A stretch of DNA of 64,000 nucleotides from a virus (taxonomy: Duplodnaviria > Heunggongvirae > Uroviricota > Caudoviricetes). Location of the stretch: the IMG/VR virus record IMGVR_UViG_3300025944_000008; one strand, 5' to 3'. The notes under the pieces are model-generated. The model had not been told where the DNA came from, did no database searches, and saw nothing but the letters and a program-made list of their open reading frames with translations. The stretch's first letter is position 1; every line of letters starts with the position of its first letter. Below, one piece after another: positions 20,047-28,920 of this stretch. Made by a program: the position numbers and the translations under genes.

Positions 20047-20415
20047 ATGAGGATTCTGTTCATCGAGGATGACAGAGCGACGCAAGTCTCGGTGGGCGAG
20101 TGGTTCAGGCTGATCTTCAAGTTCGAGGTCGTATCAGCCTACAATGGACAAGAAGCACTCGACATTCTCCTCCGCGACACCCGCTTCGACATCATCATCC
20201 TCGATTGCCGCATGCCCATCATGGATGGGGAAGAGTTCTTGGAGCATTACCGCGGCACGATCCCGGTCATCTACTCCACCGCCTTCTCGTCACCTCCGCC
20301 GCGTCCTGTTGCGGCTGAAGTGCCGAAGCCGTACGATATCAAAGCTCTCGTGAGCACGATGCGGCAGATCTGCGGAGAAACCACCATCGAAGAGAAGAAA
20401 GGAGAAGAACCATGA
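20047..20415 (+). CDS. CheY-like response-regulator receiver domain protein (stand-alone)
   Basis: MRILFIEDD..., phospho-acceptor-like Asp in IIILDCRMP, conserved S/T and KP near C-terminus. Confidence 0.7.
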   Translation: MRILFIEDDRATQVSVGEWFRLIFKFEVVSAYNGQEALDILLRDTRFDIIILDCRMPIMDGEEFLEHYRGTIPVIYSTAFSSPPPRPVAAEVPKPYDIKALVSTMRQICGETTIEEKKGEEP

Positions 20416-20436
20416 AGCGAACATAAGGAGGTTCAC

Positions 20437-20919
20437 ATGGCTCGAAGGAGCATCGCCAAGACGGCCATCGAGGGAGGCCGTCGGAAGTCGTGCCGTATTA
20501 GAGAAGAGCAGGAGGATAGCAAAGAGCGCGCGGCCTACAAGATGTACTGCCGCAGCGCCACCTACGATGAAGAAGCCGTCGAGCCACGATCTATTGCGCT
20601 CGGTGGCCACTGGACGGGACGCAAGAATAGGGATTTCGCCGACAAGCTCGGTCCACTGCGTCGATGGCTGGAAGCTCGGGTTGGTAAGCCGTGGGATAAA
20701 ATCAAAAGCGAAGTCATCTCTCGCTTCGATTCGAACTCTCTGGCTGGCCGCCACGCTCTCGGGCATCTCGAAGGTTTCGTGACGCTGCCGAATGCGCCCT
20801 ATAGCTGGATGCGTCGCAAGAGTGCTCCCTACCCCGGAAGTCTGTTTGTCGACTCGAAGGGTATTCTCCGGCAGGCTCCCAAGACTGCTGAGCAGTACGA
20901 GAAGTGGAGGAAGTCGTAG
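20437..20919 (+). CDS. hypothetical protein
   Basis: aaggagg RBS before ATG. Confidence 0.55.
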   Translation: MARRSIAKTAIEGGRRKSCRIREEQEDSKERAAYKMYCRSATYDEEAVEPRSIALGGHWTGRKNRDFADKLGPLRRWLEARVGKPWDKIKSEVISRFDSNSLAGRHALGHLEGFVTLPNAPYSWMRRKSAPYPGSLFVDSKGILRQAPKTAEQYEKWRKS

Positions 20920-20920
20920 G

Positions 20921-20965
20921 TTGTAAGCGCCCGCTCCGTCATAGACGGGGTGGGCGTTTTTTTAG
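20921..20965 (+). terminator. terminator with TTTTTTTAGCT motif
   Basis: Imperfect GC hairpin then tttttttagct. Confidence 0.45.
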
Positions 20966-21002
20966 CTTTCCCATCCAGCCAAAGCGGGTCGACGCTGTCT
21001 TC

Positions 21003-21287
21003 ATGAAGGAAGACCCTCGCATCGAGCTTGCTCGGGTCAAAGAACAACTACGACGAATACGTCAAGTCGTTGACCTACATCGCAAGCTCGGCGAAGACAC
21101 TTCCTTTGAACTGCGAGAGCTGCGGCGCAAGATCGTACGCGTTAAGGCGAACCTGATTCAGTTCTCCCTCCACTATCGACGTCTGTCTGAGCTAGCGCTT
21201 GCGACGGGAAGCGAAGATGCGAAGCAGCTTGTCGAGGCGTGCAATGAGGTGATTGCGAAGCTGGGAAAGAGCGTCTCAGAGCTCTAG
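21003..21287 (+). CDS. coiled-coil hypothetical protein
   Basis: Protein-like from MKEDPRIELARVKEQL; weak RBS. Confidence 0.35.
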   Translation: MKEDPRIELARVKEQLRRIRQVVDLHRKLGEDTSFELRELRRKIVRVKANLIQFSLHYRRLSELALATGSEDAKQLVEACNEVIAKLGKSVSEL

Positions 21288-21806
21288 TTACATTCTTCCC
21301 GCGATGGCCTGCACGTCGATGTACCAGACGATGTTGTTCGAATCATGCCATGTGCATTGCCCAGGCTTGAAGAGCGACCACCCATTGATCGACCAGTAGA
21401 TGGTCGGAACAACCGTCGGGTCGCCGTCACAGCACACAGATTGGCAGTTCTCTGGGTTCGCCATGGACGCAGAATCGCAATGCCACAACTGGACAGTTGT
21501 GATCGGAATCTTCGGGCGCACGATCATCCCGTCGGGCTGCACACCAACATTGTTGGAGTTCCCGTAGAACTGATCCGCTCCCGTCGACACATTCCGCGCC
21601 CCGAAGTACGTCGACTCGACGTAGATGCCTGGCTTGGGCGTCAAGCACGACGGCAACGCCATGTCGATCGGCGCAGGAGTGGCCATGTCCTCGATCGGCT
21701 TTGCCAGATCGGGAACCTCTACCACCATCGCCATGTCCTGTGATGTTGGAGGGACGTTCACGCTGCACGCTCCCAGCATCACCGTCAGAATCAACCAGTA
21801 CTTCAT
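21288..21806 (-). CDS. lipoprotein
   Basis: MKYWLILTVMLGAC lipobox; ggagg RBS. Confidence 0.6.
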   Translation of the reverse strand: MKYWLILTVMLGACSVNVPPTSQDMAMVVEVPDLAKPIEDMATPAPIDMALPSCLTPKPGIYVESTYFGARNVSTGADQFYGNSNNVGVQPDGMIVRPKIPITTVQLWHCDSASMANPENCQSVCCDGDPTVVPTIYWSINGWSLFKPGQCTWHDSNNIVWYIDVQAIAGRM

Positions 21807-21949
21807 GGCCGGAGCCTCCTGCTTCTGGTCTAAACGTGAATTCCGTCGGTGAGAAGAGATGACAGTCAGGATCTAAATTTTTCGTTGGTAAGCCATCTCT
21901 TCTCTCCAGGATCATGGATCGAGTAGACTCCCGCATTAGGAGGATCCTG
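21807..21949. promoter_or_regulatory. divergent intergenic region
   Basis: Between minus lipoprotein gene and plus lysis-region genes. Confidence 0.3.
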
Positions 21950-22387
21950 ATGCGTCAAGCACTCGAACAAGCCGGAGCGTCCCTTATTCCACTGCTCGTT
22001 CCTATCGTCGGTGGTCTGCTGTCGGCGCTCATCGCCTACGCAATCACCTACATCAAGAACAAGACGAAGAACTCCACTGTGCTGTCGGCACTCGATCGAT
22101 TGGATCAGGTGGCCGAGGACGCGGTGAAGGACGCGCAACAGAGAATCGTCAGCTCGATCAAGCCGAACGACAATCTCGCAACCACCCTAGCCGAAGCAAA
22201 GACGTCCGCCGTCGACGCGGTCAAGTCGCACTACGGTGCGAAGGGGCTCGAGGAGCTCAAGAAGGTGCTCGGCTGGGACGACCTCGAGAAGAACCTGTCG
22301 ACCAAGATCGAGGCGAAGGTCCACGACCTCAAGATGGCCCGTGATACAGTCCAGGCGATGTCGCCGGAAACCAAGCCCGCGGCCTGA
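21950..22387 (+). CDS. N-terminal TM + coiled-coil protein (i-spanin/holin-like)
   Basis: aggagg RBS; one TM helix then hydrophilic coiled coil; upstream of lysis genes. Confidence 0.4.
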   Translation: MRQALEQAGASLIPLLVPIVGGLLSALIAYAITYIKNKTKNSTVLSALDRLDQVAEDAVKDAQQRIVSSIKPNDNLATTLAEAKTSAVDAVKSHYGAKGLEELKKVLGWDDLEKNLSTKIEAKVHDLKMARDTVQAMSPETKPAA

Positions 22388-22400
22388 TAGGAGACAGACA

Positions 22401-22847
22401 ATGAAGACCATGGCTCTACTGCTCGGAATCGCACTTGCCTCGATCAGCCTTCCCGGTTGCGCCTGCTGGACGGACCAAGCAAAGGCCAACGACCCAGGCT
22501 GCATCATCGCGCACGACATCGTCGATTGCACGACCAGCACCATCAAGGATGCGCTGCCCTTCTTCGCTCAGATCGTGCTGGGCCTGATCAGCGGTGGCAC
22601 CAACCCGAACAACATTCCCTGGGACAGCATCGAAGCCCAGGCGGAAGGCATGGGTATCAAGGACGGAGGCTGCTTCCTCGCAGAGCTGAAGAACCTGCTC
22701 TTCGGCAGTCCGACCGCAACTCCAGAGCTGATGGCCAGCCGCAAGGCGATGAACGACGTGCTCGACAGCTACAAGCAGAAGCACTTCGGCAGCCTGACGG
22801 TGAAGTTCAAGATCAAGACCAAGGACGGTAAGGAAGTGATGCTGTGA
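22401..22847 (+). CDS. lipoprotein (o-spanin-like?)
   Basis: MKTMALLLGIALASISLPGC lipobox. Confidence 0.5.
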   Translation: MKTMALLLGIALASISLPGCACWTDQAKANDPGCIIAHDIVDCTTSTIKDALPFFAQIVLGLISGGTNPNNIPWDSIEAQAEGMGIKDGGCFLAELKNLLFGSPTATPELMASRKAMNDVLDSYKQKHFGSLTVKFKIKTKDGKEVML

Positions 22848-23644
22848 GCCGTTTCGCTACCGTCGCCGGCGTCGTCCGGCACATGAAGGGATGGAAGCCC
22901 GACACTCCAGACCCGAGGGATCGCCGGCTGACGGTCAGCGAAGAGCTCGCTCTACCGGATACCGTCGACCTTAGTGATCGATGCCCTCCGGTGATGGACC
23001 AGGGCCAGATCGGCTCCTGCACAGCAAACTCGAGTTCATCCGCGCTCGCCTTCTTGGAACACAAGGGGCAGCAGGCGACGCTGTACTCTCGCCTGTTCAT
23101 CTACGCGATGACGCGGATGCTCGAGGGTACTCCGCTCTACGAAGACAGTGGAGCGCAAATCCGCGACGTCATGAAGGCGCTCTCCACCTATGGCGTGCCG
23201 CAGGAGCTCACGTGGCCCTACGACACGTCGAAGTTCTCGGTGATCCCACCACCGCAAGCGAAGGCGGAGGCGCTCAACCACAAGGCAATTCTCTACTTCC
23301 GCTGCCCGAACCTCTACACCCTGAAGGCCTCCCTCTTCCAGGGCTTCCCCGTCGTCATCGGCTTCTCGGTGCCGGACAACATGATGAGCGACGAGTGTGC
23401 CCGGACAGGCGTCGTCAAGCCGCCAGCGCCTGGAGAGGCGTTCGACGGCGGGCATGCCGTCCTGGCAGTCGGCTACAACGACAACATGGTCTGCGGGGCC
23501 GAGCGAGGCGCTGTGCTGTGCCAGAACTCGTGGGGAACCGGATGGGGTGAGGGAGGCTTCTTCTGGCTGCCCTATTCGTTCTGGATGGGCGGCGAGGGCG
23601 CGTTGGTGTCCGACTGCTGGACCATTCGCCGGGCGGAGGTCTGA
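22844..23644 (+). CDS. papain-like (C1 family) cysteine peptidase
   Basis: DQGQIGSCTANS (Gln-Cys), GGHAVLAVGY (His), NSWGTGWGEGGFFW (Asn) catalytic motifs; GTG start overlapping upstream stop. Confidence 0.7.
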   Translation: MSRFATVAGVVRHMKGWKPDTPDPRDRRLTVSEELALPDTVDLSDRCPPVMDQGQIGSCTANSSSSALAFLEHKGQQATLYSRLFIYAMTRMLEGTPLYEDSGAQIRDVMKALSTYGVPQELTWPYDTSKFSVIPPPQAKAEALNHKAILYFRCPNLYTLKASLFQGFPVVIGFSVPDNMMSDECARTGVVKPPAPGEAFDGGHAVLAVGYNDNMVCGAERGAVLCQNSWGTGWGEGGFFWLPYSFWMGGEGALVSDCWTIRRAEV

Positions 23645-23645
23645 G

Positions 23646-24038
23646 ATGCGCTTCTCCCTGATTCTTGTCTTGCTCGCCGGCTGCGGAGGCTGTCATCCAC
23701 TTCCTCCTCCGACACCGCCGCAGCCGGTGCAGCAGGACATGGCTCAATCGCCGGCAGACATGAAGCCGAACATCTACGGCTTGCCCAACTGCCCAGCAAA
23801 CCTCTCGGTGACCTACGCCGACGTCTGCGACGGCATGTTCACCAAGGTCGGGCTCTCCTGCGCAATCTGCCACGGAGGCGCTGCCTGCTATGACGAGTCG
23901 GACGGCATCTACTGCGCCAGCGGGAGCGCAGGGTGCTTGGACGACCACGCTTGCGTTCATGTGCAAGACGGCGAGGACGGCAGTCCTGGGGCGCAGGCTA
24001 AGAAGGCGAAGAGGCAAAAGAAGAGGGCATCACAATGA
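23646..24038 (+). CDS. Cys-rich lipoprotein
   Basis: MRFSLILVLLAGC lipobox. Confidence 0.5.
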   Translation: MRFSLILVLLAGCGGCHPLPPPTPPQPVQQDMAQSPADMKPNIYGLPNCPANLSVTYADVCDGMFTKVGLSCAICHGGAACYDESDGIYCASGSAGCLDDHACVHVQDGEDGSPGAQAKKAKRQKKRASQ

Positions 24039-24763
24039 TCCTCAAGCTCGTCGAGATGCCGTCCACGATCAAGGGGCCGAACGACGCCGACTACAAAGGC
24101 CAGGTTCCCCGTCGCATGCGCTTTCTGGCCCCTGACGTTGGACCAGCACTGCTGCGTCTCGACAAGGATACGGGCGGCTACATCTACACGGACGTGTGGC
24201 GGTCCGCCGACTCATCGCTTGCGGCCCGTCGCGTGAAGCGCGGAGTACAGCGTCCTGGCTACAGCCCGCACGGATACGGTCTCGCTGTTGATCTCGATCT
24301 CTATGCCATCATGAAGGCATTCAAGATCCACTATGGCGACATCGTCGAGGTGATGAAGGCCCACGGCTGGTACTGCCATCGTCGCGATGGATTGGGACCG
24401 GACGAGTCGGAGGCGTGGCACTTCAACTACCTTGGCGACGACGCAGAGAAGTATCTGTCGAAGGTCGACGTCAACAACCATGCGACGTGGTCCAACGCGG
24501 TCGAGATGCGTATCCTCGAGCGCTACGGCCAGGACTTCTCGATGTCGCCAGTCCAGATTCAAAGCTATCTGGCGCAGCTCAAGATGTACGGCGGGGAGAT
24601 CGACGGCAACGTCAGCACGCAGCTCTTCCGCGAAGCCGTCATGGTCTTCCAGCGCGCCTGGGATCTGGATGTCGACGGAGATGCCGGTATCATGACGCAG
24701 CGCACTCTCGCCTTCGTCACGGCTACGCAGCAAATCACTCCACTCGCTCCGCTCGTCGCGTAA
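24035..24763 (+). CDS. endolysin: M15 (VanY/L-Ala-D-Glu) peptidase + PG_binding_1 domain
   Basis: SPHGYGLAVDLD and EAWHFNY zinc-site motifs; C-terminal GEIDGNVSTQLFREAVMVFQRAWDLDVDGDAGIMTQRTL. Confidence 0.75.
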   Translation: MILKLVEMPSTIKGPNDADYKGQVPRRMRFLAPDVGPALLRLDKDTGGYIYTDVWRSADSSLAARRVKRGVQRPGYSPHGYGLAVDLDLYAIMKAFKIHYGDIVEVMKAHGWYCHRRDGLGPDESEAWHFNYLGDDAEKYLSKVDVNNHATWSNAVEMRILERYGQDFSMSPVQIQSYLAQLKMYGGEIDGNVSTQLFREAVMVFQRAWDLDVDGDAGIMTQRTLAFVTATQQITPLAPLVA

Positions 24764-24774
24764 AATCTTCAACA

Positions 24775-24830
24775 TCTGAGATAAGACAGTAGTCGCGGAT
24801 CACTTTTGTGATCCCTGTCTTATTTTGCTC
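24775..24830 (+). terminator. rho-independent terminator
   Basis: Long hairpin agataagacag...ctgtcttat followed by ttttgct. Confidence 0.5.
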
Positions 24831-24846
24831 AACAAGGAGCGTTCAG

Positions 24847-25239
24847 ATGTCGTCGAAGAAGAAAGTCAAAAAGACCAATCACGACGCTGTGAGTTCTCTC
24901 TTCACCGATCTTCTTCAGTTACTGGAGGTGGAGAATGACAAGAACAGCGATGTGATCGACAAGCTGAAAGAGGCCAAGAACGAATTCTTCGAGGAATCGA
25001 ACCGGGCGAAGCTTCGCGCGCTTCAAAAGCAGATCGCCGCGGCGCTGCGTGGCACGCCGAAAGATTCACGGCCCAACGATGAATCGAAGGTGGGCTTCTT
25101 CTTGTGGGTCCTCGAGACCATCCCCGATGCTGAAGAAGGCCTTCGCCTGATCGACGAGCTCGACTGGTGCCCGGACGCCTTCCGCAAAGAGATCTGGAAT
25201 AACTACACCGAGGTGCGGTTCAACTACAACACCCTCTAG
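24847..25239 (+). CDS. hypothetical protein
   Basis: aaggag RBS before ATG 24847. Confidence 0.5.
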   Translation: MSSKKKVKKTNHDAVSSLFTDLLQLLEVENDKNSDVIDKLKEAKNEFFEESNRAKLRALQKQIAAALRGTPKDSRPNDESKVGFFLWVLETIPDAEEGLRLIDELDWCPDAFRKEIWNNYTEVRFNYNTL

Positions 25240-25248
25240 GAGAGTCAG

Positions 25249-26322
25249 ATGGCGGTGAGCTTGTATGACGTTCTTGGCATGAAGAAGACGGCGACGGCTG
25301 AGCAAATCAAGAGCGCGTACCGGGCTCTCGCCAAGCGCTACCACCCGGACACCAACCCCGGGAACACCTTCGCCGAAGAGAAGTTCAAAGAGTTGGCCGC
25401 CGCCTACGCCGTCCTCGGTGATCCGCAAAAGAGAGCCAAGTACGACAGCGGCGCGGTTGGTGGTCCCATCACTCTCCAGACTCGCATGGGCCGCTTCGTC
25501 ATCAACGGCAACGCATTCACTGGAGAGGTGGCTGATATCTACGAGGCCATCAAGGAAGATACGGGAGAAGTCTTCGCTTTGAAGGTCGCGCGATCACCAC
25601 GAGACAATGACCTCCTCGAGAACGAGGCGAAAGTCCTGAAGGAGATCTATCCTTCAGACGTCTCAAGCCACAAGTACCATCTCTACCTGCCGAAGTTGAT
25701 CGGGAGCTTGAAGATCGACGACGGCTCTCGCCGACAGGCGAACCTCATGCAGTGGCTGAACGGCTACTACTCTCTCGAGAAGGTTCGCGCCGCTCATCCG
25801 AGGCTGCAGATGGAGCACGGGGTTTGGATGTTCAATCGCATGCTGGAGTTTCTCGGTTACCTGCACAACAAGCAGAATCGAGTGCATGGAGCGGTGATTC
25901 CTCCACATGCTCTCGTCTACGCGGGAACCCAAGAAAAAGACATCCTCAACCATGGCGCTCGGCTGGTGGGGTGGTCATATTCCGTGCAGGTGGGTGGAAC
26001 GATCAAAGCCATCAGCCCGGAGTATGAGGCGTTCTACCCGCCCGAAATCTTCGCCAAGCGCCCGGTCTCGCCCGCCACCGACATCTACATGGCTGCCAAG
26101 AGTATCATCCACGTACTCGGCGGCGATGTCCGTCCCGGGGCTGACGTCTACCCCGGCCATATCCCGAACTACTTTCTGAACTTCCTGAGAAGCTGCACCA
26201 TCAAGTCACCGGCATCTCGCCCGCAAGACGCCTGGGCTCTCCACCGAGAGCTCAAGGACCACATGCGGGTTCATTACGGTCCCAAGAAGTACGTCCCGTT
26301 TCACATGCCCTCACCGGCCTAA
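25249..26322 (+). CDS. J-domain (DnaJ) protein fused to protein-kinase-like domain
   Basis: [18 protein letters not shown] motif; downstream ALK / [10 protein letters not shown] / HGAVIPPH resemble kinase VAIK, aC-Glu and a degenerate catalytic loop. Confidence 0.6.
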   Translation: MAVSLYDVLGMKKTATAEQIKSAYRALAKRYHPDTNPGNTFAEEKFKELAAAYAVLGDPQKRAKYDSGAVGGPITLQTRMGRFVINGNAFTGEVADIYEAIKEDTGEVFALKVARSPRDNDLLENEAKVLKEIYPSDVSSHKYHLYLPKLIGSLKIDDGSRRQANLMQWLNGYYSLEKVRAAHPRLQMEHGVWMFNRMLEFLGYLHNKQNRVHGAVIPPHALVYAGTQEKDILNHGARLVGWSYSVQVGGTIKAISPEYEAFYPPEIFAKRPVSPATDIYMAAKSIIHVLGGDVRPGADVYPGHIPNYFLNFLRSCTIKSPASRPQDAWALHRELKDHMRVHYGPKKYVPFHMPSPA

Positions 26323-26334
26323 AGGAGAACGCAA

Positions 26335-27357
26335 ATGGGTGGATCACGTTGGAGCGACGAGGACTACAATCTCAGCGTCGGCAGCAAGCTCGATTCGCAC
26401 GGCACCGCCTTCACCTACGACGCCGACGTCAAGGCTGCCAAGGTGGCCGCGGCGGTGGCGCCGAAGCTCGACCCCAAGAGCATGAAGTCCAATCCTCTGG
26501 ACCCGAGTGGCATCAAGGTGCGCGAGAGCCGCGACAGCGACGCGCATCCAAATTCGAAGGGCGTCATCGTCGGCTTGGACGTCACCGGCTCGATGGGCGA
26601 GCAGTCTCACATCGTCCACGGCCGCCTCTCGGCCCTGATGGGGCTCCTGACCCGTAAGGGCTACCTCGAGGACCCGCAGATCTTGTACGCCGCCGTCGGC
26701 GACGCCTTCTCGGATAGGGCCCCGCTTCAGCTCGGGCAGTTCGAGTCGGGCGTTGAGATGGAGGACGACCTCTCGAAGTTCTGGATCGAAGGTGGCGGCG
26801 GTGGCACGGCGCAGGAGAGCTATGATCTCCTGATGTACTTCGCCGCTCGCCACACCGCGATGGACTGCTTCGAGAAGCGCGGGCAGAAGGGCTACCTCTT
26901 CATCATCGGGGACGAGTCGCCGTATCCGTCGATCAAGAAGACCGTGGTCAAGCAGTTCCTCGACATCGACATCGAAGCCGACATCCCGACCGAGATCATC
27001 GCCGAGGAGCTGAAGCAGAAGTTCGAGTGCTTCTTCGTCCTGCCGACGCACGCCAGCAACGCCCGCGATCACCGCGTCGTCGAGAACTGGGGCCGCCTGT
27101 TCGGCAAGGAGCACATTCTCAAGATCGACGACTCGAGCGGCACACCCGAGCTGATCGCTACTCAGATCGGCCTCTGCGAAGGCACCACGGACGTCGACGC
27201 CGCTGTGACGGACATGAAGGACGTGGGCACCTCGGACTCGACGGCCATGGTCGTCGCCAACTCGGTCAGCAAGGCCTACGCCGGCGGCAAGATCGCGAAG
27301 GTCCCGGCCGGCACCCTCACCCCGAGCTCCGCCTCCAGCGGGGCCAAGCGTCTCTGA
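26335..27357 (+). CDS. von Willebrand factor A (vWA) domain protein
   Basis: MIDAS-like DVTGSM (DxSxS). Confidence 0.55.
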   Translation: MGGSRWSDEDYNLSVGSKLDSHGTAFTYDADVKAAKVAAAVAPKLDPKSMKSNPLDPSGIKVRESRDSDAHPNSKGVIVGLDVTGSMGEQSHIVHGRLSALMGLLTRKGYLEDPQILYAAVGDAFSDRAPLQLGQFESGVEMEDDLSKFWIEGGGGGTAQESYDLLMYFAARHTAMDCFEKRGQKGYLFIIGDESPYPSIKKTVVKQFLDIDIEADIPTEIIAEELKQKFECFFVLPTHASNARDHRVVENWGRLFGKEHILKIDDSSGTPELIATQIGLCEGTTDVDAAVTDMKDVGTSDSTAMVVANSVSKAYAGGKIAKVPAGTLTPSSASSGAKRL

Positions 27358-27392
27358 TGAACCTGCAAAGGAGAGGCTCGGGGCCCGGCGGT

Positions 27393-27503
27393 ATGCTGGA
27401 AAAGATGTTCTTCAGCGTCTGGGCTCTCGGGATGATCATCGGTATCGCAATCGGCGGCGGACTCGTCTGGGCCGCCATTCACTTCATCCGCAAGTTCTGG
27501 TAG
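27393..27503 (+). CDS. small membrane protein
   Basis: 36 aa single TM (FSVWALGMIIGIAIGGGLVWAAIHF). Confidence 0.3.
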   Translation: MLEKMFFSVWALGMIIGIAIGGGLVWAAIHFIRKFW

Positions 27504-27552
27504 TCCACATAGGCCCCGGGCTTCGGCCCGGGGTCTTCCATTCGAGGGGAAC

Positions 27553-28920
27553 ATGAGCAAAGCCATTCTGGTTGCCGGATTGGGGTTCGGCGACGAGGGT
27601 AAGGGAACCATCACGCAATACCTCGCCAGGGAGACCAAGGCCGACTGGGTCATTCGCTACAACGGGGGCGCTCAGGCGGCGCACAATGTCTATGCTCAGG
27701 ACGGCCGACATCACACGTTCTCGCAGTTTGGTAGTGCGACGTTCGAAGGAGTCCCCACCTTCATGTCTCGTCACACTATCATCGAGCCGTCTGCCTTCTT
27801 GAGCGAGTTCTTGCAACTCGAGCGGCTCGGCATCGAAAATGCGAATGTCCTCGTGGCATTCGATCGCAACGCTCTCGTCGTCACGCCTTTCCATAAAGCC
27901 GCGAACCAGCTTCGCGAGATTCTTCGTGGCGACTGGCGCCACGGGAGCTGTGGAATGGGGATCGGCGAGACCAAGCAGGACTCGCTCTCTTCACACAACG
28001 ATACGATCGCCGTCGGTGATCTTTCAGATAGAACAACGCTTCTCCGCAAATTCAAGTCCGTACAGGACAGGAAGTATGAAGAGTTCAAGACACAAGTCCT
28101 GGACGTGTCCCTTCCAGACATCGCCCATCGCGCTCTTCGCTGGTTCACCTTCCCAGCCGATCGGGTGGAGCACATGGTGGACCAGCTCCACGATCTTGCG
28201 GGCCTCTTCAGAACTGTCGATGCCGATAGCCTGCCGTGCATGTTCCGAGGAAAGAATCTAGTCTTCGAAGGCGCACAGGGAGCGCTACTCGACCAAGACT
28301 ACGGCTTCCAGCCCTACACTGCTTGGACGGATGCAACCTTCACTGGAGCTCGTCAGATACTCGACGCAGCCGGGTATGACGGCGACATCTGGAAGGTCGG
28401 AGTCATGCGTTCATACATGACGCGCCATGGAGCCGGCCCGCTACCGACGCAAGATGAGATCTTCGGCATCGAGGACGGCAAAATCAAGGAGCTCGTCTTC
28501 GACAAGCACAATGGGATGGGATTGTGGCAGCGAGAGTTCCGTATTGGAACGCCGGACGTCTTATTGACGCGCTACGCTCTCGAGGTCCTCGGCGGCGTCG
28601 ATGAGATCGCCATGACTCACATCGACCAACGCGATCATTTCATGTGGCTCTGCACTGGGTACTCTGTCTACGAAGAGGAAGACGAGGTCATGTTCCAATT
28701 CGGCAGCCCAGCTCATCGAGCGCTCGACATTCACGTCGAGAAGCATCCGACCTATGCCGGGCAGGAGTACCTAGCAAAGGCACTGTCCAGGGTCGTTCCG
28801 ATCTATGAGCGCGCCCCGAAAGACACCGACGCCTTCCTGCACATCATGAAGCAACACCTAAATACGCCGATCGGCATCATCTCGACAGGACCTGGGCCGG
28901 ACAAGAAGTTCAGAACCTAG
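27553..28920 (+). CDS. adenylosuccinate synthetase family (PurA/PurZ-like)
   Basis: GDEGKG P-loop, GGAQAAHN, FEGAQGALLD, ISTGPGPD motifs. Confidence 0.75.
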   Translation: MSKAILVAGLGFGDEGKGTITQYLARETKADWVIRYNGGAQAAHNVYAQDGRHHTFSQFGSATFEGVPTFMSRHTIIEPSAFLSEFLQLERLGIENANVLVAFDRNALVVTPFHKAANQLREILRGDWRHGSCGMGIGETKQDSLSSHNDTIAVGDLSDRTTLLRKFKSVQDRKYEEFKTQVLDVSLPDIAHRALRWFTFPADRVEHMVDQLHDLAGLFRTVDADSLPCMFRGKNLVFEGAQGALLDQDYGFQPYTAWTDATFTGARQILDAAGYDGDIWKVGVMRSYMTRHGAGPLPTQDEIFGIEDGKIKELVFDKHNGMGLWQREFRIGTPDVLLTRYALEVLGGVDEIAMTHIDQRDHFMWLCTGYSVYEEEDEVMFQFGSPAHRALDIHVEKHPTYAGQEYLAKALSRVVPIYERAPKDTDAFLHIMKQHLNTPIGIISTGPGPDKKFRT

